Positions 1 to 12,173 of a stretch of DNA of 58,656 nucleotides are shown one piece after another. The notes below the pieces were generated by a model, which worked only from the letters and a program-made list of their open reading frames with translations, did not search any database and was not told where the DNA came from. The DNA lies in NCBI GenBank assembly GCA_010356995.1, contig ML996691.1, forward strand, positions 1,432,174 to 1,490,829. Direction: 5' to 3'. The DNA comes from Trichodelitschia bisporula. Lineage: Eukaryota. The translations under genes and the position numbers were made by a program. Position 1 is the stretch's first letter. The number at the start of each line of letters is the position of its first letter.

Positions 1-196
1 ACATTTTGTTGCCAACGTCGACACTGGCAACGTTTCCCCATTGCTGCTCCAGTGGTCGTGAAGTTTTCTTTTCAGCGTCTTCGCACACCTTGTCTCGTTT
101 GCATGCAATCCATTCTGTAAAGACAACCTGCTGGCAATCTTCGAATTCCCCCCGAAAATCAAACGGCGCGGCTCCCCGCTTAGCACGAGGCGAACC

Positions 197-2356
197 ATGG
201 ACCGCAACGGTCACGATGGGGTGGGGCAACCCGTAAGCCCTTTGTTCTTGTTTGAATGTGGCTCACACCTTCAGGATCCGATGGATGACATGTTAGACGA
301 TATTTACGCCGAGCCGGACAAGTTGGCTTCGGAGCCCACCCTCAACACAACGGCGAACGCACAACCGGCAACCGTTGCAGTCCCCCAGTTCGCTGTCCCG
401 ACACAATCTGCCACCTATATTCCCGGCCTTAGCTTTTTGCAGACTGCTAAAGTTGCGGTTACAGAGGCTCCTGCGATTACTGAGGCTCCTGCTGCTATAC
501 CCATACCCGCCCAAGTTCCTCACCAAGAGCCCGCCAGCTTGGACACAACGAGCGCTCCCGTACCGCAAGCTGGCCCGGTCGTCGAAGCTGACACTACTGA
601 AGCCAATGCCAGCCCGGTCGCGGAAGACGTCAATATGAACTCGGACAGCTCCGACTCCTCAGACAGTTCAGACAGCTCCGACGAGGACAGCTCCGATGAT
701 GACTCGGTGCTGTTGACGGCAGAAGAGCAAACGCGGATACTGTTAGCTGGTGTGGATGACGAGGGCATAGCAGTGACTGGCGAGCCCCTCAAGACCGCCA
801 ACGAACAGGAAGAAGAGGCTCCGCCCATCCCAGAAATTGAGATGACGCCGAATACGGTCATTACGGAGCTCGGCGCGGTCGAGAGTGTCGTCGAGAATCG
901 TGTGGTCATACGTACGAAGCAGGCGCCAAACATACCCACCCTCGAGCCCGGTTCTGCCCTGTGCCTGGAGGACAAACGTGTCATCGGCTCCGTGTGGGAA
1001 ACGTTTGGCAGAGTGCAAGAGCCTTTCTACGTGCTCGGATTCCGTGACCCGGAAGACATCACCAAATTCGGGCTTGCCTATGGAACCAAAATCTTTTTTG
1101 TCAACGAACATTCCAAGTTCGTTTTCGCTCAATCTCTCCAGGCCTTCAAAGGCACAGATGCCTCCAACGTCTTCGACGAGGAGGCGGACGAGTACGAGTT
1201 CTCCGATGACGAAAAAGAAAAGATGTTCAAAAATAAAAACAAGAACAAGAAGAGGCACCCGGATGCTCTGAAACAACCCACTGCAGAAATTCCTGCCGCA
1301 TTCCCCACTGTCATCAGCTACGATGATGACGAAGACATGGACGGCGGGTACAAGCCTCTTACCCGACCCCCAGACTTCGTCCACGAGATGACGCGCGCCC
1401 CGCCAACCATTGAGCAGTACAGTAAGCACCGCAAGCGTGGCCGCGGTGGCTCAATGCCGCACCATGACCGGGGCGGCCCCTCGCACCGCGGTGCTCGCGG
1501 CGATCGAGGCGGTAGAGGTGACCGGGGCGGCCGAGGCGATCGCGGTGGCCGTGGAGGCCGTGGAGGCGGGGTCCACGACAACGACCGCCGTGGCGGCCGC
1601 GGCGGCAATCGTGGTGGCCGGGGCTCGCGTCAGGGCACCCCGCAAGGCCCTCGCAACTCGCCCCGCGGGCAGTTCTCCCCGAGCAGGCGTAACGAGTCCC
1701 CGCACCAGCCTTCGGGTAGCCACTTTGGCAGCCAGCCGTCCGAACAGCGCGTGCCGCACTACCCGCAGCAGCAGGCCCAGCAGGCTCCTCAGGCTCAGTA
1801 CCACGCGCAGCAGTACCCGTCGCAGTACCAACCCCCCCCAACAGCTGCTCAATTCAACCCGTACATAAACCAGGCCGGCCCATCGTACCCGCAACGGCCT
1901 CAGCAGTACGGTCAGCACTTTCCTCAACCTCAGCAGGCAGGCAACCCGCAGAGCCGCGGCGGATGGGAAGCTCCCCCCCGCGCCGCGGAGCGTGCAGAAC
2001 CAGCCCCTCTGCCGCCGGTCCAGCAGTTTGCAAACTTGCTGCAGCAGATGGCGAGCCAGCAGTTGGCCGCCCAGCCGCAAGCTCCCAGCGCGACGCAGGC
2101 GGCTGCTCCACCGCGCGACCCGCGGTTGCAGACCCGGAGTGCGCCCCAGCAACAGGCGCCTCAGCAGCAGGCGTATCAGCAGTCGTGGCCTCAGCAGTCG
2201 GTGCCCCAGCAGTCGTATCAGCAGCCGGCGTACCAGCAGGTTGCTCGTCCGCCCGCTCCGGTTCCTGCTCCGGCATCAGGTGCGCCGACGAGCAGTGTTG
2301 ATGATCTGTTGCGGAACCTCATGGCGCATGCTCAGGCGTATGGGCGACAGCAGTAA
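197..2356 (+). CDS. NAF1: H/ACA RNP assembly factor Naf1
   Basis: Gar1/Naf1 core (ELGAVESVVENRVVI...GSALCLEDKRVIGSVWETFGRVQEPFY...KGTDASNVFDEE...EFSDDEKE), Ser/Asp-rich segment, RGG box, P/Q-rich tail. Probable in-frame 42-nt intron 233-274 (GTAAGC..CTCAC..CAG). Confidence 0.9.
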   Translation: MDRNGHDGVGQPVSPLFLFECGSHLQDPMDDMLDDIYAEPDKLASEPTLNTTANAQPATVAVPQFAVPTQSATYIPGLSFLQTAKVAVTEAPAITEAPAAIPIPAQVPHQEPASLDTTSAPVPQAGPVVEADTTEANASPVAEDVNMNSDSSDSSDSSDSSDEDSSDDDSVLLTAEEQTRILLAGVDDEGIAVTGEPLKTANEQEEEAPPIPEIEMTPNTVITELGAVESVVENRVVIRTKQAPNIPTLEPGSALCLEDKRVIGSVWETFGRVQEPFYVLGFRDPEDITKFGLAYGTKIFFVNEHSKFVFAQSLQAFKGTDASNVFDEEADEYEFSDDEKEKMFKNKNKNKKRHPDALKQPTAEIPAAFPTVISYDDDEDMDGGYKPLTRPPDFVHEMTRAPPTIEQYSKHRKRGRGGSMPHHDRGGPSHRGARGDRGGRGDRGGRGDRGGRGGRGGGVHDNDRRGGRGGNRGGRGSRQGTPQGPRNSPRGQFSPSRRNESPHQPSGSHFGSQPSEQRVPHYPQQQAQQAPQAQYHAQQYPSQYQPPPTAAQFNPYINQAGPSYPQRPQQYGQHFPQPQQAGNPQSRGGWEAPPRAAERAEPAPLPPVQQFANLLQQMASQQLAAQPQAPSATQAAAPPRDPRLQTRSAPQQQAPQQQAYQQSWPQQSVPQQSYQQPAYQQVARPPAPVPAPASGAPTSSVDDLLRNLMAHAQAYGRQQ

Positions 2357-3500
2357 ATGGCATCATGGTCAGCGGGTGAATTTCTTCGACTTGCATCTCT
2401 GGCGTTTGGGTTCGATACCTTGTGCAACTAGATGGGGATGGGCGGAAAAGGTGTCGGTGCATTGTCTATTTATGAGGCATAGTGCTGCGTGGTGGACATG
2501 ATGTATTTTTAGTGTTGATCTGATCAGGTTATTCTAAGGTTAAGCCTTTGTCAATGGGAGCTCGCATTCTGATTTCGCTGGGGAGGGTGGTGGTAGAGAT
2601 ACCGTGCCGAGATCTTGCAGTTGCTGTGGGTGAAGCAGATGCTGGTTTTCACGATGCAAACTACAATCCCGTGAAAAATATCCGGATAAATCAACGCAAC
2701 CTGATACCCAATCTCTGCATGTCAAAAGTTGTACTTTGATATCCAGCCATCTCATGTTTCACAGCGATTTACTCAATTCGACCTAACATATCGAGCTGTC
2801 TCGTCTTTCGTACGGTCGCGTCGACGTGTATGCTTGCATGCTGAGACAGCAGCAGCAGCAACCAACGGTGACGATTAAACGGCCCAGCCAGCCGGGGCTC
2901 TTTATGTCGGCCCTACCTATTTCACCCCACTAACATCGAACGAAGTACGCGGGGAGCACAATGGAGCTACGTACATCTTCACGGTAGGGCACCGACGGGC
3001 CGGAACAAGGCGATGCAGGGCGGAGATATGCGGGTGCTTGCCTCGCAGCCTCGTCGTTTGCTTGTTGCAAACTCGGGCACGGGTAGCTTGTGTCTTGTCC
3101 TCGGTCGGCCGGCGCAGGGTGCGTGGGATGTGGGATGCGGGATGTGTGACGGGGTGTGGGGTGGGAGGGGAGTTTTTTGCGCGTGCTGTGGGCGTCGCGG
3201 TGGTGTCGCGGGGGATGAAACGGGGATCTGACCGGCGGGGATTTTGGGTGTGATAGAGAGGGGAGGACTTTATTGAGGTATGGGAGATGGAGTTTGGATG
3301 GGATTGGTGACGCGGTGATGGGGGAAGGGAGAGATGGAGAGGTGGGCGATGTGGTACGTATCTTTCTTCAGCTGCTACTTGGCGGTGGTGGTGGGGAGAA
3401 TGAGGGGAAGGATAGGGAGGGGTCGTAGAGGGAAGGATGCAGTGCGGAGATGGAGCTGGATCCGGATGCGGGGAGGGGGAACGAGGAGAAATGATTGGTG

Positions 3501-3688
3501 GGTGATGGAGTTGGTGATGGAGTTGGTGATGGAGTTTGTGATGGAGTTGGTGATGGAGTTTGTGATGGAGTTTGTGATGGAGTTTGTGATGGAGTTTGTG
3601 ATGGAGTTTGTGATGGAGTTTGTGATGGAGTTTGTGATGGAGTTTGTGATGGAGTTTGTGATGGAGTTGGTGATGGAGTTGGTGATGG
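3501..3688. repeat. 12-bp minisatellite (ATGGAGTT[T/G]GTG), 15 full copies plus a partial
   Basis: Tandem array read directly; ATG recurs every 12 nt from 3505 to 3685; two unit variants. It explains the repetitive overlapping ORFs here. Confidence 0.97.
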
Positions 3689-4442
3689 TTTGCGATGGTG
3701 TTTGGGGGATAACGAGTGACGGGTGGTGTTCATGGGCCGTTATAGTGGGGAGATGGTGCTCGTGGTGGTCCACGAGGAGATGAGTTTTGTGGGACGCATC
3801 AACGGTTCAACAGTGACGACAGAAGTGGTGAAGATACGGAGAAATTGATCTGCTTCCTTCGATATCATCACATCTCTTCAACTCCTTCAACTCCTTCCAC
3901 TACCTCCGTAACCCTTTTTCTCCAATCGCTTCGATATCGCCCAGTGTGAGAGGCGTCTTTGCGGCGACGGTGCTAATACCTATTTGGGCTCCAAGCCTCT
4001 CTCCCGTCCAGAGCTCGTTCTTCTCTCCCCTCTCCTTGGCCTTGCCTTGCTTTCGCTTCCTCCTCTCTCCTCCTCTCGTCTCGTCCCAAGTCCCCCACCC
4101 TCAACCACCCAACCCACTGCGCCGTACAGCAATCATCCGGCATATCATCGTTGTGTGCTCGAGAGCTTCATAGCTACTCCCTCATCCGTGTAGATACTCG
4201 CCCTCCCTCTCTCCAATATCGACTCCCTCGCCTTCCATCCTCCCTTTTCCGCCATGACACGCTCCCACTCCCCGTAATCCGCCTCTCCACAATCCACCGC
4301 ACCCCCGCGTCCCGGCTTCAGGGCTACCCGAACCGCGCCCTCCGTACTTCTCGCATGGCCACCGCATCCGCATCTGCATCCGCATCCTCCGCATCACCAT
4401 AATCTTCCCTCTCCGCCGATCCCCTCCTCCCCGGTCGCAAGT

Positions 4443-7400
4443 ATGACGCGCAGAGAAGTGGCCGATCGCCATAGCTCGACCGCTAGCTCCAGCGCCGACA
4501 GCTGGAAGTCCACAGACACCATCAAGGGCAGCTCTTTTGCCCAACAGCAGCGACGCTCCACGCCTATGAGGGTTGCGACCAACGACAAGGACATCAGGTG
4601 CGTCGTGTCTTTCGTTGTCTCCCCCCGCCGCCGTGTGAGACTTTGCGTCGGAGACTTGTCTCTTTCGGCGTGTCTTGCGCGCGTCGAGACGGAACCTCCA
4701 GGCGGCGGATTCACGCGCGTTCGAACTGCCTCTGCCGTCGCGCATCGCATTCGCCGCTCCCCAGTCCCATCGCTGTTCCATGCTCCCATGCTGACTCGTC
4801 CCTAGAGGAAAGGATTATGAGATCTCGCCCGGCACCACAATGCCCTACCCCTCGCCGCCCCCATCCTCCCGTACTCCCATTCCCAATGCCATCGCACCGT
4901 GGGAGACCTCGCGCTCCTCTAGTTTCGGCGACTACCGCAAGGAACTCTCGGCGCTAGAACCGTCAGGTGGTCGCACGCCCATCCCCTCCATAAACCGTCA
5001 GCCGCCGAGCGCGTCGTCCCCCGCTGCCCACTGGTCCGGCGGCCCGTCAAACGGCAGGGACAACAAGGTCCACATGTCGTCCGTCTTTGGCGCCGGCAGC
5101 AGCTTCTTCAATGATTCCACCGAGGATGTCGGACAGCTGTCTCCTGGCTTTCGGCCCGGCAGCTCGCAGGAGGACATGGTGTTTCCGGACGACCACCGGC
5201 GCCCGTCGATTGCGAGCGCGACGACGGTGAGCAGCATTGGGTCCAAGTCGAGCATGAACCGCAATCAGCACAAGAAGCTGCAAGGCTTCTTTGGCGACGA
5301 ATTCCCTGGCTTCGGCGCTCAGCAGGCGGGCTCCGATTCAAGTCTCCCCGCCGGTGCCGCACCCTTTGTGCCTGGTAAAGGCCTCGATCCGCGCCCGAAT
5401 AAGCGCATTCGCAATAACTCGCTCAACAATACGAATCATGGGCAGCAGCTGAGCAGGCCCGACTCGCCGTCGAGCTTCACGCGGCCGCGCACGCCGTTCG
5501 CGCCTGAAGTGGCGCCCTGGGAGCATCAGGATCTGGTAAGCTCCCCCTGCTGTAAGCGCAGAATGACAGTATATCTCGATACGTTGCGGATGCGCGCATG
5601 TCAAAGACACTGATGTACTGACCCGCCTTTTCTCACTACTAACGTCTGCAGGAGGCGAATGCCGGCTCGGACAAAAACTCCGTCAACAGCAAGACCTCTC
5701 GCCACCAACACCACTCGCACAAGTTGCACCTCCCAGGCCACCGCCACACCCGCAGCAAGGACGAGCCGAAGACAACCGACGTAGGTGCGCCCCTTCGCCA
5801 GGCCATCAGCAGGGAGGACAGTGGTGCAAACTTTCCCGGCCGCGGGGTGCAGTTTCCCTCGGCCATGAGCTCCATGTCAACACTCGTCGGGGGCCGGCCC
5901 ACGAGCCCGACCCCCAGCGCCCACAGCAGCAACTATTCCACCAAGTCTCCAATGCCAGGCTCACACTCAGGCAAGCGTTCCCTCTTCTCCAAGATTCGCC
6001 GCCGCGATAAGCCGGACCGCGCGGAGGCCCTTCGCGATGCACCATCCGCCACCTCGAGCCCTGGCCTGCAACAGCCGCGCTATGGCAAGGCGCCTCAAGC
6101 CGATGCCGCTGCGCCGAGCGGACGCAAGAAAGATGCAGGCGGCGTGTTGCAACGCGGCGCGGGTTTAGCGCCGGCGGCATCGTCGACGCCCCGCGAGGGC
6201 CAGAAGCGCGAGCATGCCCGCTTGCCGTTTAAGAAGAAGAATACGTACGACCAGCCGCCGCCTACGCGCGACCCTAACGACGTGGACACGAATCCCGGCA
6301 CCACGCCTGCTCTGTGGAATCTGGATACGGATCTGCTGCATATGGAGGGCATCATTAGCATGCGCCCGCCGCTGACGCCGCCGGCCGGTGCCGACAAGAT
6401 CTTCTCCGGTTGGCCGCCTGACGAGGCGCCGGGCCCGAAGGAGCCGGAGGCGAATACGGCGGCGTGGGATGCGCCTGAGTCGTGGGCGGTTAAGAAGGCG
6501 GCGGATGAGAATATGGCAAGGTTGAGGGAGCTGGACGAGAATGGTTTGCCGCTTAAGGATGAGAATGCTGGTCCGCCTTATTGCGTGCGCATTTTCCGCG
6601 CGGATTCGACTTTTGCGGTGCTGTCGGTGGGGATTAATACGACGGTGTCTGAAATTATTGGGTTGATTGGGAAGAAGAGCTTTTTGCAGGATGACCTGGA
6701 TAACTATCACATTGTGATGCGGAAGCACGACACTTCGCGGCAGTTGCAGCAACAGGAGCGGCCACTTGTGATTCAGCGGCAGCTACTGCTGCAGGCTGGG
6801 TATACGGAAGCGGACCGCATTCCGGATGTGGGACGGGAGGATAACAGCTATCTCTGTCGCTTCACCTTCCTGCCGGCCAAGATGAGCGGCTACTCTAGCT
6901 TGGAGAAGGATCCAGGCTTCAGCAAGATGCAGAAGTTCTCGCACATCGACCTGCAAGGCCGCAACCTGATCACCATCCCGATCACCCTCTACCAGAAGGC
7001 GACGGAGATCATTTCGCTGAACCTCTCACGGAACCTGTCGCTCGATGTTCCGAAGGACTTCATCCAGGCTTGCACCAATCTGCGCGAGATCAAGTACACG
7101 AGCAACGAGGCGTGGAAGCTGCCGCCGAGTATATGTCTCGCAAGCCGGCTGACGATGCTTGATGTCTCGAACAACCGACTGGAGCAGCTCGAGCACGCGC
7201 AGCTGCACAAGCTGCAAAGCTTGATCAGTCTGCGGCTATCGAACAACAAACTCACATATCTGCCGAAGAACATCAGCCAGTTCAAGCAGCTGCGGAGCCT
7301 CAACGTGTCCTCGAACAACCTCTCCGAGTTTCCGGACTACATGTGCGACATGGACACGCTGGTGGACCTGGACATCAGCTTCAATTCCATCTCCCAACTT

Positions 7401-10400
7401 CCGCAGATCGGCAGGCTCAAGTCGCTGGAGCGGCTGTGGGCCACGAACAATAAGCTCTCCGGGCCCTTCCCGCCGTCGGCGTGTTACCTCGAAAACCTAC
7501 GCGAGGTGGACGTGCGGCACAATGCCATTGACAACATCGATGTGCTCGCAGACTTGCCGCGCCTCGAGTACCTGATGGTCGGCCACAACTCTATCTCGTC
7601 CTTTGTAGGCACCTTCCCTACGATCCGTGTGCTGCTTATGAACCACAACCCGGTCACGCGCTTCAACATCGAACTGCCAATTCCCACCCTGTCAACCCTG
7701 AGCTTGGATAAGGCAAAGCTGGCGGCGCTGCCAGACGATCTCTTCCAGAAGATCCCCAACCTCACCAAGCTGATCCTCGACCACAATCACTTCGTCTCGC
7801 TCTCGCCGCAAATCGGCAAGCTTACAAAGCTAGAGCACTTTTCCATTGCGAAGAACCTCCTCAGCAGTCTGCCGCCCGAAATCGGTCGCCTCGTCGAGCT
7901 GCGCTACCTCGATCTGCGTGAAAACAACCTCAACTCGCTGCCACCGCAGATATGGTTCGCGCGCCGCCTCGAAACGCTCAACATCTCGTCCAACGTGCTC
8001 AACGCCTTCCCGAAGCCCGGCGCCCCGCTCCCCGCGGCTCCGGACTCGCACCCCTCGACCCCGATCGGTACGCCGTCTACCAGCCGCGCCCCGACTGAGG
8101 ACTCGCTCGGCTCGCTCGAGGACTTTGCCGCGCGCCGCCCGAGCCAGGCTAGTGGGTATCTGAGCGCCGGTGCTAGCTCCGGCGGGAGCCGCAAGGGGTC
8201 TATCGGCGGCTCGAGCGTGGGGCCTAGTGTCCGCAAGGCGTCGGTTGTGTCGCGCATGTCGGAGGGCACTACGGTTGCGCCGATCAGTCGGAAGGATTCG
8301 AGTTTGTCGACGAGAATGATGACGACGTTCGCGGGGAGTTTGAGACATCTCTATCTTGCGGATAATCGGCTGCAGGATGAGGTGTTCGACGAGCTGGCGC
8401 TGCTGCCGGAGTTGCGCATCTTGAATCTCTCGTATAATCTGTTGTATGACATCCCGCCGCGCACGATTCGCCGCTGGCCGCAGCTCGTGGAGCTGTACCT
8501 CTCCGGCAACGACTTCACTGCGCTACCGGCGGAGGATCTCGAGGATATGAGCTCGTTGAAGGTGTTGCACATCAACAGTAACAAGTTCCAGGTTCTCCCG
8601 GCCGAGCTAGCCAAGATCCAGAAGCTCGCCGTCATGGACGTGGGCAGCAACGCGCTCAAGTACAACGTGTCCAACTGGCCGTACGACTGGAACTGGAACT
8701 GGAATCACAATCTCAAGTACCTGAACCTCAGCGGTAACAAGCGGCTGGAGATCAAGCCCCAGGGCCCGTACTCGCAGATGGGTACTGGGGGGAAGAATCT
8801 TACCGACTTTACCTCGCTTACGAAACTGCGCGTGCTGGGGCTTATGGACGTCACGCTCATGGTATCCTCCGTGCCGGACCAGACGGAGGACCGGCGCGTG
8901 CGCACCGCCGCTTCGACGGTGGGCAGCATGGCGTACGGCATGGCCGACACGCTCGGCCGCAACGAACATCTCTCCACCATGGATCTCGTCGTCGACCGTT
9001 TCCGGAGCCACGACGACGAAGCCATCGTCGGCATGTTCGACGGGCAGGCGCTGGCCAGCGGCGGGTCCAAAATCGCAAAGGCCCTGTACGAAAACTTCAA
9101 GAACCGTTTTACCGAGGAACTGGACAAGCTCCGCGCGAACGAGTCCCCGGTCGACGCGCTCCGCCGCACCTACCTGGGGTTGAATAAGGATATTGCGCTG
9201 GCGGCGAGTGTGTCGGACAAGGGCCCGAATCGCGGGAATGTGCTTGGGCTGGAGCTGGATGAGGATGAGGTGCACTCCGGGTGTGTGGCCACCGTGCTGT
9301 ACCTCAAGGAGATGGAGCTGTACGTGTCCAACGTCGGCGACGCCACCGCGCTACTCATCCACTCCGAAGGCGGGCATAAGCAAATCACCCGCAAGCACGA
9401 CCCGACGGATAGCACCGAGCGCGCACGCATCCGCGAGGCCGGCGGGTTTGTCAGCCGCCACGGCAAGCTCAACGACGTCCTCGAAGTGTCCCGCGCGTTT
9501 GGCTTCGCGCACCTGACACCCGCGGTCATCGCCAGTCCGCATGTAGCGCATATCACGCTCAGGGATACGGATGAGATGATTATCATCGCGAGCCGCGAGT
9601 TGTGGAATACGATGAGCCGCGATTTTGCGGTGGATATGGCGCGTTCCGAGCGCGGGGACCTGATGCGCGCGGCGCAGAAGTTACGTGATTTGGCGATCGC
9701 GTTTGGCGCGAGCAGTAAGATTATGGTGCAGATTATAGGAGTGAGCGATTTGCGGCGACGAGAGAGGGCGCGGTTTCGCACGCATAGTATGAGTATGGGG
9801 CCCTCCGCGCTGATTGAGGAGTTTGGTGGCAACCGGCGGAAACGTGCGAGACCGGATTGGGATTCGGAATTGGGGAGGCTGGAGAAAGAAGTCGAGGCAC
9901 CCACCGGGGATGTCAGCCTCGTGTTCACGGACATCAAGTCCTCGACGCTGCTGTGGGAGACGTACCCGATCGCCATGCGCAGCGCCATCAAAATGCACAA
10001 CCAGCTCATGCGCCGCCACCTGCGCCTCATCGGCGGGTACGAGGTCAAGACCGAGGGCGACGCGTTCATGGTCACCTTCCCCACTGTCACTAGCGCGTTG
10101 CTCTGGTGCTTCACCATCCAGACACAACTGCTCGAAGTCGCCTGGCCGCAGGAGATTCTGAGCAGCATTAACGGGCAGGAGGTGTGCGATGCGGATGGGA
10201 ATGTTATTTTTCGGGGGTTGAGTGTGAGGATGGGTATTCATTGGGGCCAGCCCGTGTGCGAAGTCGATCCCGTCACGAAGAGGATGGATTACTTCGGCCC
10301 GATGGTCAACCGCGCGAGCCGGATTACGAGCGTGGCGGATGGCGGGCAGATTACTGTTTCTGCGGATTTTATCGCGGAGATACAGCGCCTGCTCGAGACG

Positions 10401-11157
10401 CACATTGAGAGCGATCGGAGCGCGAGTACGGGGAGCGAAGAGGCGCTGGCTGAAGACGCGTTAACCCAGTCCATCCGCCGCGAGCTGCGCAGCCTCTCGA
10501 GCCAGGGCTTCGAAGTCAAGGACCTAGGCGAGCACCGCCTGAAGGGCCTCGAGAACCCAGAGTACATCTACCTGATGTATCCGCACGCACTGTCCAGCCG
10601 GTTGCAAGTGCAACAGCAGCGCGCCGAGGCAGAAGCCGCTGCTGCCAGCGCCGCGAGCGCGGGGACGAAGATGCGCGAGAGTCAGCTTACGATTGATACG
10701 GAGCATGTGTGGGAGTTGTGGAATATTAGTCTTAGGCTTGAGATGTTATGCAGCACGCTTGAGTGTCCGGGGAGTAAGGCGTTAAAAGCGCCTGAGACGG
10801 CGCTTTTGGAGAGGATGAAGCAGCAGGGGGGGGAGATTACGGATCGGTTTTTGGTGAATTTTGTGGAGCATCAGATTAGTCGGATTGAGGTATGTTGGGT
10901 CCTGAGTGAAGGTGTGGGTTTGGATTGGAGATGTGGGCTAATTGCTGGGACAGACGTGCATTAATACGCTTGCGCTGCGGAATTTGGTCAATCCGTTCCG
11001 CGAGGGGATGCTGAGTCAGGCGTGTCCGATGGAGGATGTTTTTGCGGTGTTGACGGGGCAGTTGGGTGAGTTGGCGGCGTTGAGGGAGAGTGCGGCTGCG
11101 GCGGCGGAGGGGTCGGACTCAGAGGACGGGGGCGGGTTCATCATTGAGGATTCGTAG
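4443..11157 (+). CDS. CYR1: Fungal adenylate cyclase (G-alpha-binding region, Ras-association, LRR, PP2C-like and class III cyclase domains)
   Basis: Exons 4443-4597, 4806-5535, 5652-10889 and 10954-11157 join in frame across GT..CTRAY..AG introns. Motifs: KKLQGFFG, CVRIFRADSTF, long LRR array, YDWNWNWN, PP2C-like region, SLVFTDIK...GGYEVKTEGDAFMV...RMDYFGPMVNRASR. Confidence 0.97.
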
Positions 11158-11611
11158 GGTTTTTTCTGTGGTTTGACTTGAGCGGGGGGGGTGGTTTCGA
11201 TGTGTTATGCTTTTGAGGGGGTATCATGATTGCGGGCATAGGTATGGCTAGGGGTGCTGATGGGTTGGGGGCGTTTGGAAGTGTGGTGTTTGATAGGCTT
11301 GGGGTGTTTTTCGCGGCTGTGTGCTTGCGAAGGCTTTTGGTGCTTGATGGGGGCGTTGGACTGCTCTCGGGTTTGGGGAGTGGGTTTTGTTGTTTTTTGA
11401 AGCTGGTGTTTTGGGGAAGGGACTTGTAATTCACGGTCTGGTCTGGCGTGGCGGGGCGTGGGTACTGTAAGGTGGTACTCGTGACGATTAGGCTATGAGC
11501 GGGCGGTAGGGGGGACGTATTGACGTTGCTGAGAATGAGTTCATGCTGCTGTGGTGCGTGATTACCTTGTGTTGACATTCAACTGCTGCGGGTGACGTCG
11601 TAATTGTATGG

Positions 11612-11750
11612 CATGTGCTCTTCGCCGTCACACACCAGCCGACGTCATATGCTGGCCGAAGACATCTGCCAACCGACATCACCCGCTAGCTGACAACATC
11701 TGCTAACCGACTTCACCTACTAGCCGACAGCATGTACTCACCGATTAGCG
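11612..11750. repeat. Degenerate 17/34-bp tandem repeat
   Basis: catctgccaaccgacatcacccgctagctgacaa (11663-11696) and catctgctaaccgacttcacctactagccgacag (11697-11730), with more diverged flanking units. Confidence 0.6.
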
Positions 11751-12173
11751 CCTAAGCCGAGCCGATGAGGCCGTGGTCAAATGGTGGTACGGAAGGCTGA
11801 GTCACATGACCGGCCAGTTGGGAAGCAATCGATTCTGTAAGGGGGCAGTTGAAGCTTTAAGCATGGATTGGAAGGTAGGAGATGACCCGTAAGCGGCAAA
11901 AGAAGCGCGTCGAGGAAGCCAAGATTAACGCGGAGCGCGAAGCTCACCGTCGCCGCCTCCAATTCCAAGACAGGCATAACAAGCACCCAGCCCTTCCCAC
12001 ACCCGCCCTACACCACACATCACCCATCACCCAGCAATATCGCCAAAAGACACCCAAGCACCCGCTAAAGCCGCCAGCATAAATAATCCATCTATAGGGT
12101 ATCATATACATCGTCCAAAAACCAGCCCAATCCCCAACCCAACCCAACCCAAGCCCCGCGCCTCGCCCCACAT

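Noticed and set aside
3334..3783. Overlapping ORFs with MEFV/TPSQ/ITNS/DGVC repeats as proteins, or the array as CRISPR
   Set aside because: All derive from one stop-free 12-bp minisatellite. There are no spacers or cas genes, and the DNA is eukaryotic.
6165..10403. Long antisense ORFs inside adenylate cyclase (and likewise inside other genes)
   Set aside because: Expected shadows of GC-rich codon usage, with no recognisable domains.
11882..12082. Basic 66-aa ORF as a small gene
   Set aside because: No recognisable family or convincing splice structure, and it lies in the 3' region of the convergent gene.
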